From: Candidatus Sabulitectum sp.
GTDB lineage: Bacteria; Fermentibacterota; Fermentibacteria; Fermentibacterales; JCC-6
DNA length: 64,000 nt
Assembly: GCA_021107435.1 (NCBI GenBank)
Contig: JAIOSV010000060.1
Span: 9,824 to 73,823 of the forward strand
Direction: 5' to 3'
The notes beneath the pieces were generated by a model. It was not told where the DNA came from, did no database searches, and saw only the letters and a program-made list of their open reading frames with translations. Of this stretch, positions 44,466 to 54,700 are shown piece after piece. Within the stretch, counting starts at the first letter, position 1, and every line of letters begins with the position of its first letter. The translations under genes were made by a program, and so were the position numbers.

Positions 44466-46157
44466 TCAGGGAAGCAGCATCAACTTCACTGTACACTCAT
44501 GTGAGCCAACCCTGGCCCGAGCATAGTAGATGCCTGCATTTGCGCTGTTGCCACACTGAAGATCTCCATTCCACAGAACAGATGCCGAGCCGGCAGAAAC
44601 CACATCAGCAGAAAGGGTATTTACAATTCTTCCCTGTATATCGTAGATGTCAATTACCGGTGATCCGTCCGCAATAGCCCCGCTCCAGTTCAACTGCATT
44701 GTAACAGTGTCGCTGAATGGATTCTGCGAAAGAACCAGATTGATATCTGTGCCGGGCTGTGATGGATCAGCAGAGATTCCCAGAGCTTCTCCGGCTGTAA
44801 AATCATAATCCGGACCGCCTGAGTTGGAGACACTCGTTACAACAAGAACCACCTCGTCAAGTGGGTCGGTGAGATCATTCATTACAACTGTTCCACTCTG
44901 TGTCGCTTCATCAAGATTCAAGGCAAAAACCTCAGTAGGAGCTGCGTCATGAAGAACCAGTACACGAACACCAAATTTGTTGGAGTCCGAACCGTCAAAT
45001 GTAAGCTCCATGTAGTCGAAAGGAATATCCTTGAAACGGTAGTAGTCAGTCGCCCAGTTGTTTACTGTTTTTGAGGCATTCACCGGATATGATGAGTATG
45101 GCAGAGCGAAGAAGACGGGAAGATCGTCTCCAACATAGCCAAACCTTCCATCCCCGATTGTTGTGTCATCCAGGAAATTGGCCACTGCCCAGTCCGTGAA
45201 AATATCGTCTGTATTCTCGGAATAGCCGAAATCATCCAGAACCGCATCATAGCCGGGCATGGAGTTGAGAGGTTCGTGGACAAGAGCATAAACTGCAGGA
45301 TGTCCTCCATACTGTTCAAAGAAGTACAGCGACCAGAGATAGGTTTTGATGTAGTCGGCCCAGACACCGTCCCAGATGGTCAGGTTGTTATCCGGGTGAC
45401 TGTTGAAAGAGGTGATGTTGTCAGGGTGCCCGTAAAACCACATGGCAAGTTCAGCCATTCCCTCGTCAACCCATGTACTCTCATTTTCATCGTACTTCCA
45501 GTGTATCATATGCTCAAACTCGTGGGCAACAACTGCATGCATGTAGTCGCCGGAAGGCCCTCCCGAGCTGGTAGGATTCAGATAAAGAACTTCACATTCA
45601 TTACTGGGATAATCGGGGAAAGTACCATCAGGGTACATATCGAAGGAGAAAAAGAAACCGTCCGCGCTGACATGAAAATTGTACCACATCAGGTAAACCC
45701 GTGGATCATTATCAAGCTCATCCGGGGGGTCACCGAAGGATAAGCTGTCAATCTCGTAGATACCCTGATCCGGATAGGGTCCCACACTGGTGTTCTCCCA
45801 GTGCTCAAGGATTGAGTCCACATCAGCCTGATCAATAAGAACAAGCCAGTCTTCATCCTTGACAACAACATAGCCCCTGTCACTCTTCCCGCGAACTGTA
45901 CACACATGCTGCTCGAAATGGGGCGGCATTGGCTGCCACATAAACAACCACCAGGTCCACGAATCGCCAACCTCGGGGTTTTCCGGCGGGCCAAGAGGAA
46001 CTCCCGGATTCTCAAGGTATACATTCGGGCCTCTCTCACTGAGTGGCGGGATTTGAAGATCATGCCTGTAAGCCGTTTCCTCTGCGAAAGCGGAAACAGC
46101 AAATACAACAAGAATCGCAACCAGCATCAGTGAAACTCTGCTGTTATTGAAAAACAT
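44466..46157 (-). CDS. Secreted HExxH zinc metallopeptidase (gluzincin-like) with T9SS C-terminal sorting domain
   Basis: Signal peptide MFFNNSRVSLMLVAILVVFAVSAFA. HAVVAHEFEHMIHW plus a downstream WVDEGMAE. CTD: SQNPFSDTVTMQLNW...VIDIYDIQGRIVNTL...AGIYYARA. Confidence 0.7.
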   Translation of the reverse strand: MFFNNSRVSLMLVAILVVFAVSAFAEETAYRHDLQIPPLSERGPNVYLENPGVPLGPPENPEVGDSWTWWLFMWQPMPPHFEQHVCTVRGKSDRGYVVVKDEDWLVLIDQADVDSILEHWENTSVGPYPDQGIYEIDSLSFGDPPDELDNDPRVYLMWYNFHVSADGFFFSFDMYPDGTFPDYPSNECEVLYLNPTSSGGPSGDYMHAVVAHEFEHMIHWKYDENESTWVDEGMAELAMWFYGHPDNITSFNSHPDNNLTIWDGVWADYIKTYLWSLYFFEQYGGHPAVYALVHEPLNSMPGYDAVLDDFGYSENTDDIFTDWAVANFLDDTTIGDGRFGYVGDDLPVFFALPYSSYPVNASKTVNNWATDYYRFKDIPFDYMELTFDGSDSNKFGVRVLVLHDAAPTEVFALNLDEATQSGTVVMNDLTDPLDEVVLVVTSVSNSGGPDYDFTAGEALGISADPSQPGTDINLVLSQNPFSDTVTMQLNWSGAIADGSPVIDIYDIQGRIVNTLSADVVSAGSASVLWNGDLQCGNSANAGIYYARARVGSHECTVKLMLLP

Positions 46158-46440
46158 CGGGCTCCTCTCTCAAGTTAAAAAATGAACCTTTCACAACCGG
46201 CGAAAATATAGCTTCATCTTCAATCAGGTACAAGCGATTCCCGATCTGCCGCCTGGCATACTCGTTCGTGAAGAGTACTGCTGTACTTCTCCAGAGGAAA
46301 ACAGAACCGAACTTCTTTTCCGAAGAAAATAAATGGGTAGAATACCCTGAAGCAGGCTGCTCCCTGTTACCGAATATTTGATTCTCTCTGTTTGCAAATA
46401 CTCGCCATCCGGGGTACAACAAACGATTACTTGCCTGCTA

Positions 46441-46469
46441 TTGACAGCTATGTCAGTTACATATATCAT
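46441..46469 (+). promoter_or_regulatory. Sigma70-type promoter for the first TrmB-like regulator
   Basis: TTGACA (46441-46446), 17 nt spacer, TATCAT (46464-46469). Lies about 40 nt upstream of the ATG at 46510. Confidence 0.55.
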
Positions 46470-46509
46470 ACACCATGCCTATGGTGGCAATAACAAATCC
46501 GGGAGGATA

Positions 46510-47328
46510 ATGCAAAGCGGTCATATAGACATTCTGATGAAGATGGGGCTTTCACTGAATGAAGCGAAAGTCTATCTTGCCCTGCTGAAGAAGAAGATCT
46601 CGCAAGTTGGAGAGATTGCTGCGCTCTCTGGCGTTCCACAAAAGATGATTTACTATGTACTGCAGAAGCTTATGAGCAAGGGCATGTGCTCACTGATTCC
46701 GGGAAGAGTAAAAAAATACAAACCGACTGAGCCTGGCGTGGGAATCGGAAGCTTTATCACCGGGGCCCAGAAACAGATCGATTCATCGAAGAAGATGCTG
46801 GATGACCTGGAAAAGCAATATGAGATCGGTCAGAATGAGACAAGTTCCCTGGAGTGCGTTGAGATTATTCAGAATACAACAACTGTCGCGCAGAGAGTTC
46901 TTTCTCTGGAACGTTTGTCAACAGAAGAAGTACTGTCTTTCAACAAACCTCCATACGCAATGTCAGAAAGAAACCTGGAAGAACTGTACGGGTTGAAGAG
47001 AGGAACAAGGTACAGATCAATCTACCAGATATCAGAAGCACGGAATCTTATTCCGAGGTCAGTAATGGAAATGTACCGTGAGGCCGGGGAAGAAGTCCGA
47101 ATCTCTGAATCACTGCCAATGAAAATGATGATTTTTGACAGCAGGATTCTGATGTTTGCCCTTGAGGAATGTTTAACGCCGCCAGAGAACTTCACCGCCG
47201 TAATTATTCAGCGTTCCAGTCTGATCAACGCATTGAAAGAGCTGTTCGAGCTTTACTGGTCACACTCAATTACTGTTGAGGAATTCAGAGAACAATACAA
47301 AGATTCAATTTCTCCGGAGAACACATGA
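46510..47328 (+). CDS. TrmB-family transcriptional regulator
   Basis: N-terminal winged helix MGLSLNEAKVYLALLKKKISQVGEIAALSGVPQKMIYYVLQKLMSKGMC. ATG at 46510, 3 nt after GGGAGG. The ORF track opens at 46378. Confidence 0.75.
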   Translation: MQSGHIDILMKMGLSLNEAKVYLALLKKKISQVGEIAALSGVPQKMIYYVLQKLMSKGMCSLIPGRVKKYKPTEPGVGIGSFITGAQKQIDSSKKMLDDLEKQYEIGQNETSSLECVEIIQNTTTVAQRVLSLERLSTEEVLSFNKPPYAMSERNLEELYGLKRGTRYRSIYQISEARNLIPRSVMEMYREAGEEVRISESLPMKMMIFDSRILMFALEECLTPPENFTAVIIQRSSLINALKELFELYWSHSITVEEFREQYKDSISPENT

Positions 47329-47401
47329 CATCTAACCGCAACGAGAGAATTTTCAAATTGTAATTTTGATGTTTCACAAACACTTTCAGGGGAGAAAGAA
47401 A

Positions 47402-49054
47402 ATGAAAAGAACAGGATTGCTACCAGGTGCAATGATGATAGCGGTATTGATGATTCTGTCAGGTATTGCCTGGAGTATAGATATCTCAAACGGCTATTAC
47501 TACTCAACCGGATCGAGCGGGCACAATCCGCAAGCGATAACAGCTTCCAATTTCGGCCCTCAGATTTATTACTATTCCGGAACTCACAACAGAACATACT
47601 TCCTGTGGATGCAGCGGGGCGGAGCAGGGTATTCCATTGAAAACATGGTTCTGTTCTATGATCATAACACCGAGGAACTTTCCGACTCATACGGTGTTGG
47701 TCCGGGAATATCCGGAGCAACTGACTGTCACGCCCACGGAGCCCTGGTAGTTGCTGATGACGGTCACATAATTGTAATCCATGAAAAGCTGAGTAACACC
47801 GGCAGCAGCGGCCATAATACGCAGTATCAGATTAAGCGTTCAATAAACCCTGAAGATCCTTCAGGCGGTTTCTCAATGGTGCATCAGACAATATCAGGCA
47901 ACTGCTATCCCAAAATCTGGAAAACAGCGAATGGTGATCTTTTTGTGTCATCAAGATACGGAAGTAATTCTTACTACGACCACTATCGTATAATGTTCTA
48001 CAAATCCACAGATAACGGTTTAACATGGAATGCCGGAAACATCGTTGTGAACTTCGGAACCGCAAAGAACTACTGGGCATATCATGCAAGAATAACGCAG
48101 AGTGACAATGACGGAATACATCTTGCGGTAAATCGATGTGATCGTGACCCGGGTTACGGTTACCCGGACTGCTATTACCTGAACAGCGAAGACGGTGAGA
48201 ACTGGGCAAACATAGATGGTTCCTTCACAAAGAATATTATTACAGACGGACCTCTTACCTCTGATGAGATGGACAGCCACTGCCTGGTACAGCATCTTCC
48301 GGGAAACAACGAAGTTACCTCTCTCACCGCCGGCTGCTTCTCACCGGAAGAAAACCTTTACCTCATCAACTGTGAGACATGGCGCAATAACCCGAATCCT
48401 GCGGACTGGTATCTGCGCTACTGGGAAGACAATGAGTGGAAGAAAATCGTGATTCCCCATAACGATAAGTTAATGTCGATTTATGGATTACATTGTATCA
48501 CGGATGAAGAATTCGATATATACATTGAGTACTACGGAACATCCATCCGCGAATTACAAAGATGGAGAACAACGGACAGGGGTCAAACCTGGAATGTTGT
48601 TGAGGAAATAACCAGCGCAAGCGATCATGATCACAGATATCCGGTGCTTACAGCAAATCTGGATGATTCTCCATACCTCTCACTGACCTCCAGTTATCTT
48701 AATGCAACAAGCTGCGCGGATATCTTTATTCTCTCACGGGAGAAACCAACCACTTCGATAGAAGAACAGTCAACTGCCGGAATACTTGCAGATGTTGTAC
48801 TCTATCAGAACAATCCTAACCCCGCACGACTTCATACAGACATTTCATACGCTCTTGCTGGAACCGGAGTTGTTTCGCTGAGCATCTACAACATCGACGG
48901 CAGGCTTGTGGAAACCCTCGTTAACGAAGAAACACGGCAGGAGGGAAATCACTCTGTTCTGTGGAACACTGATGAAATGTGTTCAGGTATTTATTTCTAC
49001 CGCATTACAGCAGGGAATACTACTGAAACAAGGATGTGTACTGTATTGAAATAG
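47402..49054 (+). CDS. Secreted BNR/Asp-box (sialidase-like beta-propeller) protein with T9SS C-terminal sorting domain
   Basis: Signal peptide MKRTGLLPGAMMIAVLMILSGIAWS. Asp-boxes STDNGLTW and TTDRGQTW. CTD: NNPNPARLHTDISYAL...VSLSIYNIDGRLVETL...SGIYFYRI. Confidence 0.65.
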   Translation: MKRTGLLPGAMMIAVLMILSGIAWSIDISNGYYYSTGSSGHNPQAITASNFGPQIYYYSGTHNRTYFLWMQRGGAGYSIENMVLFYDHNTEELSDSYGVGPGISGATDCHAHGALVVADDGHIIVIHEKLSNTGSSGHNTQYQIKRSINPEDPSGGFSMVHQTISGNCYPKIWKTANGDLFVSSRYGSNSYYDHYRIMFYKSTDNGLTWNAGNIVVNFGTAKNYWAYHARITQSDNDGIHLAVNRCDRDPGYGYPDCYYLNSEDGENWANIDGSFTKNIITDGPLTSDEMDSHCLVQHLPGNNEVTSLTAGCFSPEENLYLINCETWRNNPNPADWYLRYWEDNEWKKIVIPHNDKLMSIYGLHCITDEEFDIYIEYYGTSIRELQRWRTTDRGQTWNVVEEITSASDHDHRYPVLTANLDDSPYLSLTSSYLNATSCADIFILSREKPTTSIEEQSTAGILADVVLYQNNPNPARLHTDISYALAGTGVVSLSIYNIDGRLVETLVNEETRQEGNHSVLWNTDEMCSGIYFYRITAGNTTETRMCTVLK

Positions 49055-49078
49055 AATCTGCCCCAATCGCTTTCAGCA

Positions 49079-49110
49079 GGGTCCCGGACATCCGTCCGGG
49101 ACCCCCTTTT
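49079..49110 (+). terminator. Rho-independent terminator
   Basis: GGGTCCCGGAC - ATCC - GTCCGGGACCC (perfect 11-bp stem), followed by CCTTTT. Confidence 0.85.
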
Positions 49111-49148
49111 ATGATAGGCGAAAGAAGCCCCGTCGGAAAAGATAAGAC

Positions 49149-49177
49149 TTGACACTTCAACTAATAAAGATTATGGT
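49149..49177 (+). promoter_or_regulatory. Sigma70-type promoter for the second TrmB-like regulator
   Basis: TTGACA (49149-49154), 17 nt spacer, TATGGT (49172-49177). The ATG at 49220 is preceded by AGGAGGG. Confidence 0.5.
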
Positions 49178-49219
49178 GTCCCCCGAGGGACGACATCCGC
49201 GACAAAATCAGGAGGGTAA

Positions 49220-50092
49220 ATGAATCTCAGTCAATTGAACGAAATATTCAGCTACATTGATTTAGTGCCTGGCGAGGTAAAGGTCTATCTGGCATTACTG
49301 AAAAAGAAGAATTGTTCCCCATCAGAAATAGCGAAGATTTCGGGATTGAAGAGAACAAAAGTATATGACCTGCTCACATCACTTGAAAAAAAAGGAGCAT
49401 GCATTCTACTGCAGTCTACTCAGAAGATGTACGAACCCGTCGAGCCGGCTTTGTTGATGGAGAAAGTGAAGAAAAGGCTTTCACTTGCAGCATCAGGCAT
49501 CAGCGAAGCATCAGAAGAGCTGAGTAACCTGTACTATAACTCGCATGACGCTAATGAAATAGTTGATTACGTGGAGGTGATAAGCGATCCGATACTCGTC
49601 CTTAAAAAATTCAATAGTCTCATCAAGCTTTCAAATGAAGAGATACTTATCAGCTCAGCAGGTGAAAGCGTTGCGGTAAAGCTGAGTAAGAAAGACAAAG
49701 AGCTTGCGGAGCGTCTCAATGATGAATCTGACAGACTTATTGAAAATGCACTGCAGAAAAATGTAATAATCAAAATAATTGTCGGTCTGAATGATTTGAA
49801 TACAGGCATGATCGATGAGTTGAATATGAAACTGTTTGAGTACGACAACTACGACATACGCATCATTGAAAACATTCCCTGCAAACAGGCACTTTTCGAC
49901 GGCAAACACATAGCTATCGGCCTGAGAGGAATTAGAACCGCAAAATACATTTCCAGCACTATTTATCTGCGAGACAAGGGGCTGGGAAATTTTAACAGGA
50001 AATCTTTTTACTCTTACTGGGCAGAAGGTATCTCGATCAAGAAAATTGATCTCGATGTTCTTGTTAGCGAACGGAAGATAAAAGTGCTTTAG
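49220..50092 (+). CDS. TrmB-family transcriptional regulator (second copy)
   Basis: LVPGEVKVYLALLKKKNCSPSEIAKISGLKRTKVYDLLTSLEKKGAC; 290 aa. Looks more A/T-rich than its neighbours by eye. Confidence 0.72.
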   Translation: MNLSQLNEIFSYIDLVPGEVKVYLALLKKKNCSPSEIAKISGLKRTKVYDLLTSLEKKGACILLQSTQKMYEPVEPALLMEKVKKRLSLAASGISEASEELSNLYYNSHDANEIVDYVEVISDPILVLKKFNSLIKLSNEEILISSAGESVAVKLSKKDKELAERLNDESDRLIENALQKNVIIKIIVGLNDLNTGMIDELNMKLFEYDNYDIRIIENIPCKQALFDGKHIAIGLRGIRTAKYISSTIYLRDKGLGNFNRKSFYSYWAEGISIKKIDLDVLVSERKIKVL

Positions 50093-50115
50093 CTCTATTT
50101 TAGAAAGGTGAGAAA

Positions 50116-51381
50116 ATGCACTCAAAAGTAAGAATTCATTTCCTGCTGGCTTTGATATTTCTGTTAACCGGGACTTCAGCAGCTCAGTGGAATTCAGCCA
50201 CCGATCTGCCCTACGCCCGGTGGTCAACGGCGTGCTGTGCACACAATGGATACGTGTACACTATCGGTGGGGAACAGAGCGGTATCGCTCACAACAATGT
50301 ATGGTACTCGGAAACACTTGAAGACGGATCAATTGGTCCCTGGCTGTCCACATCGAGCCTGCCCGGTCCTCGTATGTATCACGGGTGTTTTATACACAAT
50401 AACTTCCTTTTTGTCCTTGGCGGGTGGGGAAGCGGAAGCACCAGAAGCAATGTCTGGTCTGCTGAAATACAGGCTGACGGATCAATTGGTTCCTGGACAT
50501 CAACGACTGACTTACCCTCACCCCGAAATTGTTACAGCCTGGCTGTCTGCAATGGATATGTATATGTAGCCCACGGTTCCGGGGTTATATTTGCTCAGAT
50601 AAATGACAATGGAACAATTGGAGTATGGGAATCAACTACGAGTCTGCCAGGTTCGCGTACCGCATGTCGCTGCTTCGCTTTTAATGATTATCTGTATGTA
50701 ACAGGTGGACACAGCAGTTCGCTCACATACTACAACAATGTCTGGTTCGCACAGTCACAGCCTGATGGCACAATAGGCTCCTGGACATCTACAGCACCGT
50801 TACCTGCGATATCCGCATACCATGGCTGCTGTGTTGAGGATGGAAATGTTTACATCACCGGTGGACAGAATATCAGTTCTTACTACAATACGGCAAGTAC
50901 TGCCGGCATACAAATTTCCGGACCGCTTGATTCATGGGTTTCATTTCCAAACATACCGGAAGCGCGTTCCGGACATGGCTATTGCTCTTATGACGGCTAC
51001 TTGTACATAATCGGCGGCACAAACTGGAGCGGGAATTTAAAGTCGGTTCGCTATGCGCACATTTCATCAGTCGAAGTTTCATCCCGGGAACATCAGTCTC
51101 TTCCGGGAGTTCAAACCCCTCTAATATCACCCAATCCTTTCCACGGCTCCACACAAATCCACTATTCACTTTCAGAACCCGCACATGTCACTATCCGTAT
51201 TTATGACTGTTCCGGAAGAATGATAAAAAATCTGACCGATGAAGAAGCGGGAACCGGCGAACACTGTATTTTCTGGCACTCCAGAGACAGCAGCGGCAAT
51301 GATATCCCGCCTGGAGTTTACTACTACACCCTGAGCGTCAATTCCAGCGTGTTTACAGGCTGTCTGGTAAACCTGAAATAG
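50116..51381 (+). CDS. Secreted Kelch-repeat beta-propeller protein with T9SS C-terminal sorting domain
   Basis: Signal peptide present. Six blades each ending in a Y-[VL]-[YF]-x-x-GG-like strand (YVYTIGGE, FLFVLGGW, YLYVTGGH, NVYITGGQ, YLYIIGGT). CTD: SPNPFHGSTQIHYSLSEPAHVTIRIYDCSGRMIKNL...GVYYYTL. Confidence 0.75.
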   Translation: MHSKVRIHFLLALIFLLTGTSAAQWNSATDLPYARWSTACCAHNGYVYTIGGEQSGIAHNNVWYSETLEDGSIGPWLSTSSLPGPRMYHGCFIHNNFLFVLGGWGSGSTRSNVWSAEIQADGSIGSWTSTTDLPSPRNCYSLAVCNGYVYVAHGSGVIFAQINDNGTIGVWESTTSLPGSRTACRCFAFNDYLYVTGGHSSSLTYYNNVWFAQSQPDGTIGSWTSTAPLPAISAYHGCCVEDGNVYITGGQNISSYYNTASTAGIQISGPLDSWVSFPNIPEARSGHGYCSYDGYLYIIGGTNWSGNLKSVRYAHISSVEVSSREHQSLPGVQTPLISPNPFHGSTQIHYSLSEPAHVTIRIYDCSGRMIKNLTDEEAGTGEHCIFWHSRDSSGNDIPPGVYYYTLSVNSSVFTGCLVNLK

Positions 51382-51709
51382 TACGAGAAACCGCCACTGC
51401 AAAACAGGTGACTCCTGACATGGCTGGTCCGCTTCCTCCGGATTGAGTGATGAACTCAGGAGTACCGGCAGGGCTCCCGTAAGCACATTTACAGAGTCTC
51501 GATTTCTGCTTACAGCCTGCTCATCAATCGGAAGCATTCAGAAGACAAAACAAGGCCCTTGACATACCGCAATTTTGAACGTCTAGTTCTATTTGAGGAT
51601 GCCTCTAACAGAGACGCAGGGGTTTAATGAACAGCGGGATTTGTATATGCAGGTATGACCTTGCTGTTATTCCAGAGCGTATTGAGGCGGAGGGTTATCT
51701 GCGGGACAG

Positions 51710-54700
51710 TTGAGAAGCAATATGAATGATGTCAAAAGAGAGTACATAGATGATCTTACCGGTTTGTACAATCGTCGTTTTCTTAGCATAAAGGCTCAAG
51801 AGTATTTTCGAACTGACAACATGAAAACTTCCCCCGCATCAATTCTTCTCATAGATCTCGACCATTTCAAGAATGTTAACGACACATACGGTCATTCAAT
51901 GGGTGATACCGTTTTGAAAGAATTCTCCTCATTGCTTGAAGAGCTCGTCAGGGGCAATGATCTTGTATTCAGATACGGTGGAGATGAGTTTATCTGCATC
52001 CTTCCACGTACAGCTTACGAGCATGCGGAAAGGATTTCACACAGATTTATTGAAAAATGTCGATTAAAGGAATTTTCACGGGTTCGCCTTACAATGAGTA
52101 TAGGAATCGCGTCATTCCCTCATGAGGCTAATGAATGGAAAGACCTTTTTGATCTTGCCGATCAGCGTCTTTACAGTGCAAAGAGACACGGTCGCGACAG
52201 AATAGGTGTTCCAATAAGCGAAATGCGCAGTCTGGTAATTCCCACAAGAGAGATTGTCGGTCGCAGTATTGAACTTTCCAAAGTAGCATCTTCTGTTGAA
52301 TTATCTTCAGATATTCATGGCAGGGTTTTTTGCATCAGCGGTGAAATCGGAGTGGGTAAGTCCAGACTTGCCGGAGAAATTGTTGATATGGATAAATTCA
52401 AATCCCTCAAGTTTCTCGGCAGCATTCTATCTGCTACCACCCTTTCGATTCCGTACTTCCCCTTCCGGGAACTCATCCGATCCATTGTCAGAATAGATGG
52501 TGGACTATGTCTCAGCAATATCCCCCGGGCTTACAGAATAGAACTTGCTAAAATCGTTCCAGAATTAACGGACAGTATTGGTGAGAGTACAGGTGAAGTG
52601 CTTTTCGTTGATAAATTCCGTCTTTTCGAAGGAGTTAGAAGGCTACTTGAACAACAGGTTGTCAAAAATCCATTCATCATCTCTATTGATAACATCCACT
52701 GGGCTGATGAGGGTTCGCTTGAACTTCTCCATTACACAATCAGAGCGTTTCACAACAGTCCAATTCTGTTCCTTCTCATCTATCGTATTGAGGAAGCGGA
52801 TAGAAAGTGTTTTAAGAGAATACTCAATGACATGTCCAGGGAAGGGCTGTATACACAGATCACCCTTAAACCTCTTGATATTCCTGATGTATCCAGGATG
52901 CTCTCATTGATAATCGACAGAACTCCACCTCTTGAACTCACTGAATACATCTATAAGAAAACAGGGGGAAATCCATTCTTCATCGAAGAACTTATGAAAT
53001 CCCTTCATGAGAGCGGAGCTCTTCACTGGGGAAATGACATGTGGAAATTTCGTGAAGACAGGGTGGACGTAATTCCTCATTCCATCAAAGATGTAATAGA
53101 CAGAAAACTGGATTTCGTCTCCGCTGAAGCCAGGAATCTAATAGAACACGCTGCTGTAATCGGCAGGGAATTCTGCTTCAGCTTTCTGCTGGAAATAACT
53201 GACTGGAACGAAGGTCAACTCTTTGACCTTATGGATGAAGCACTAAGAACAGGGCTTCTTAAGGAGTACAGCGGTGAACGATACTTCTTCCCTGAAGATG
53301 TCATAAGAGAAGTAGTTTACAACGGAATGAATAAAGCCAGACGCCAGAGGTTTCACCTGACAATTGCCGAAAAGCAACTGGCTTTACACAGAGAAAGGGG
53401 GGAAGAAGCCATAGAAGATCTATCCCTGCACTTCTATCTGGGTGGAAATGCGGAAAAAGCGCTCGAATACAGCATTTCAGCCGGTGACAAGGCAAGAGAA
53501 TCATACGCTTACAGAGAAGCAGTAGAGTATTACGACAGGGCAATTGATTCCTTCAAAACAAACTGTACAGTGCCGAACAGGAAAAACATAAAGTGTCTGA
53601 TGAACAGAGCTGTTGCGCTGAATGTTCTCGGGGAGAGTGAGAAGGCAGTTCATGAACTTCAGAAAGTAATTCGACAATCAATCAAAATTTCAGACAGAGA
53701 ACTTGAAATTGATGGGCTTCTTCATCTCTGCAAGCCATACCTGGATACTGCTGAATATGAAAAGGCTCTGGAAAAGGCTGAAGAAGCTGAAAAGATATCA
53801 CGAGAAATAAATAACATGAAAAAAGTAGCGGATGCCCTGGACAACTGCGGTCTCAGCTACTGGCATCTGGGCAGATATCACGAAGCTGTGAAGTACTATT
53901 TAGAGTCGCTGAAAATACTGGAAAAAATGGGTGGGAAATCAGCCAGCCCAGCTACTCTCAACAACATAGGTGCTGCCTGCTGGAACCTTGGAGAATACAA
54001 CAGAGCAATGGACTATTTCAAGAATTCGCTGGAAATAGCGGAGCGAATTGGTGATTTGAAGACAAATGCAGCATCCCTCAACAACTGCGGTCTGGTACAC
54101 TGGGGATTCTGTGAATACAGAAAGGCACTTGAATACTTCATGAGATCACTTGAGATATCCGAAAAAACAGGGAACAGAAATTCAGCAGCAATGAATCTTA
54201 ACAACATCGGCAAGGCGCATGAGCTTTTCAGTGAGTACAGCAAATCCCTTGAGTTCTTTAATCGCTCACTGGCAATTACAAGAGAAACCGGTGACCGCAG
54301 AACCGAATCGACGATCCTGGCCAATATGGGTGATATCAACAGGATCCTCGGCAAATACAAAACATCTCTCGAGTTTATCAGTGATTCGCTTGTTATCAGG
54401 CACAGCACAGGCGATCGCAGAGGAATAATGGAATGCCTGATGAGCAAAGGTGACACGCTGGCCTTTATGGACAAATTCGAAGCTGCCGGGGAATGCTATA
54501 TACAATCCCGTGAAATAGCATTTGAGATTGATGCAGTAAGCCAGATACAAGGAATTGAGATCAGCATCCTCTCTCTCGATTTTGAGGAGAACAAACTTGA
54601 AGGAGTGGAAAAGGGAATAGCGAAGATTCTCCTCTCTCAGAAGGAATCCGTTAGCAGAAGTTTGAAGGCATCAGCTCATCAACTGGCCGGCAGACTTTAT

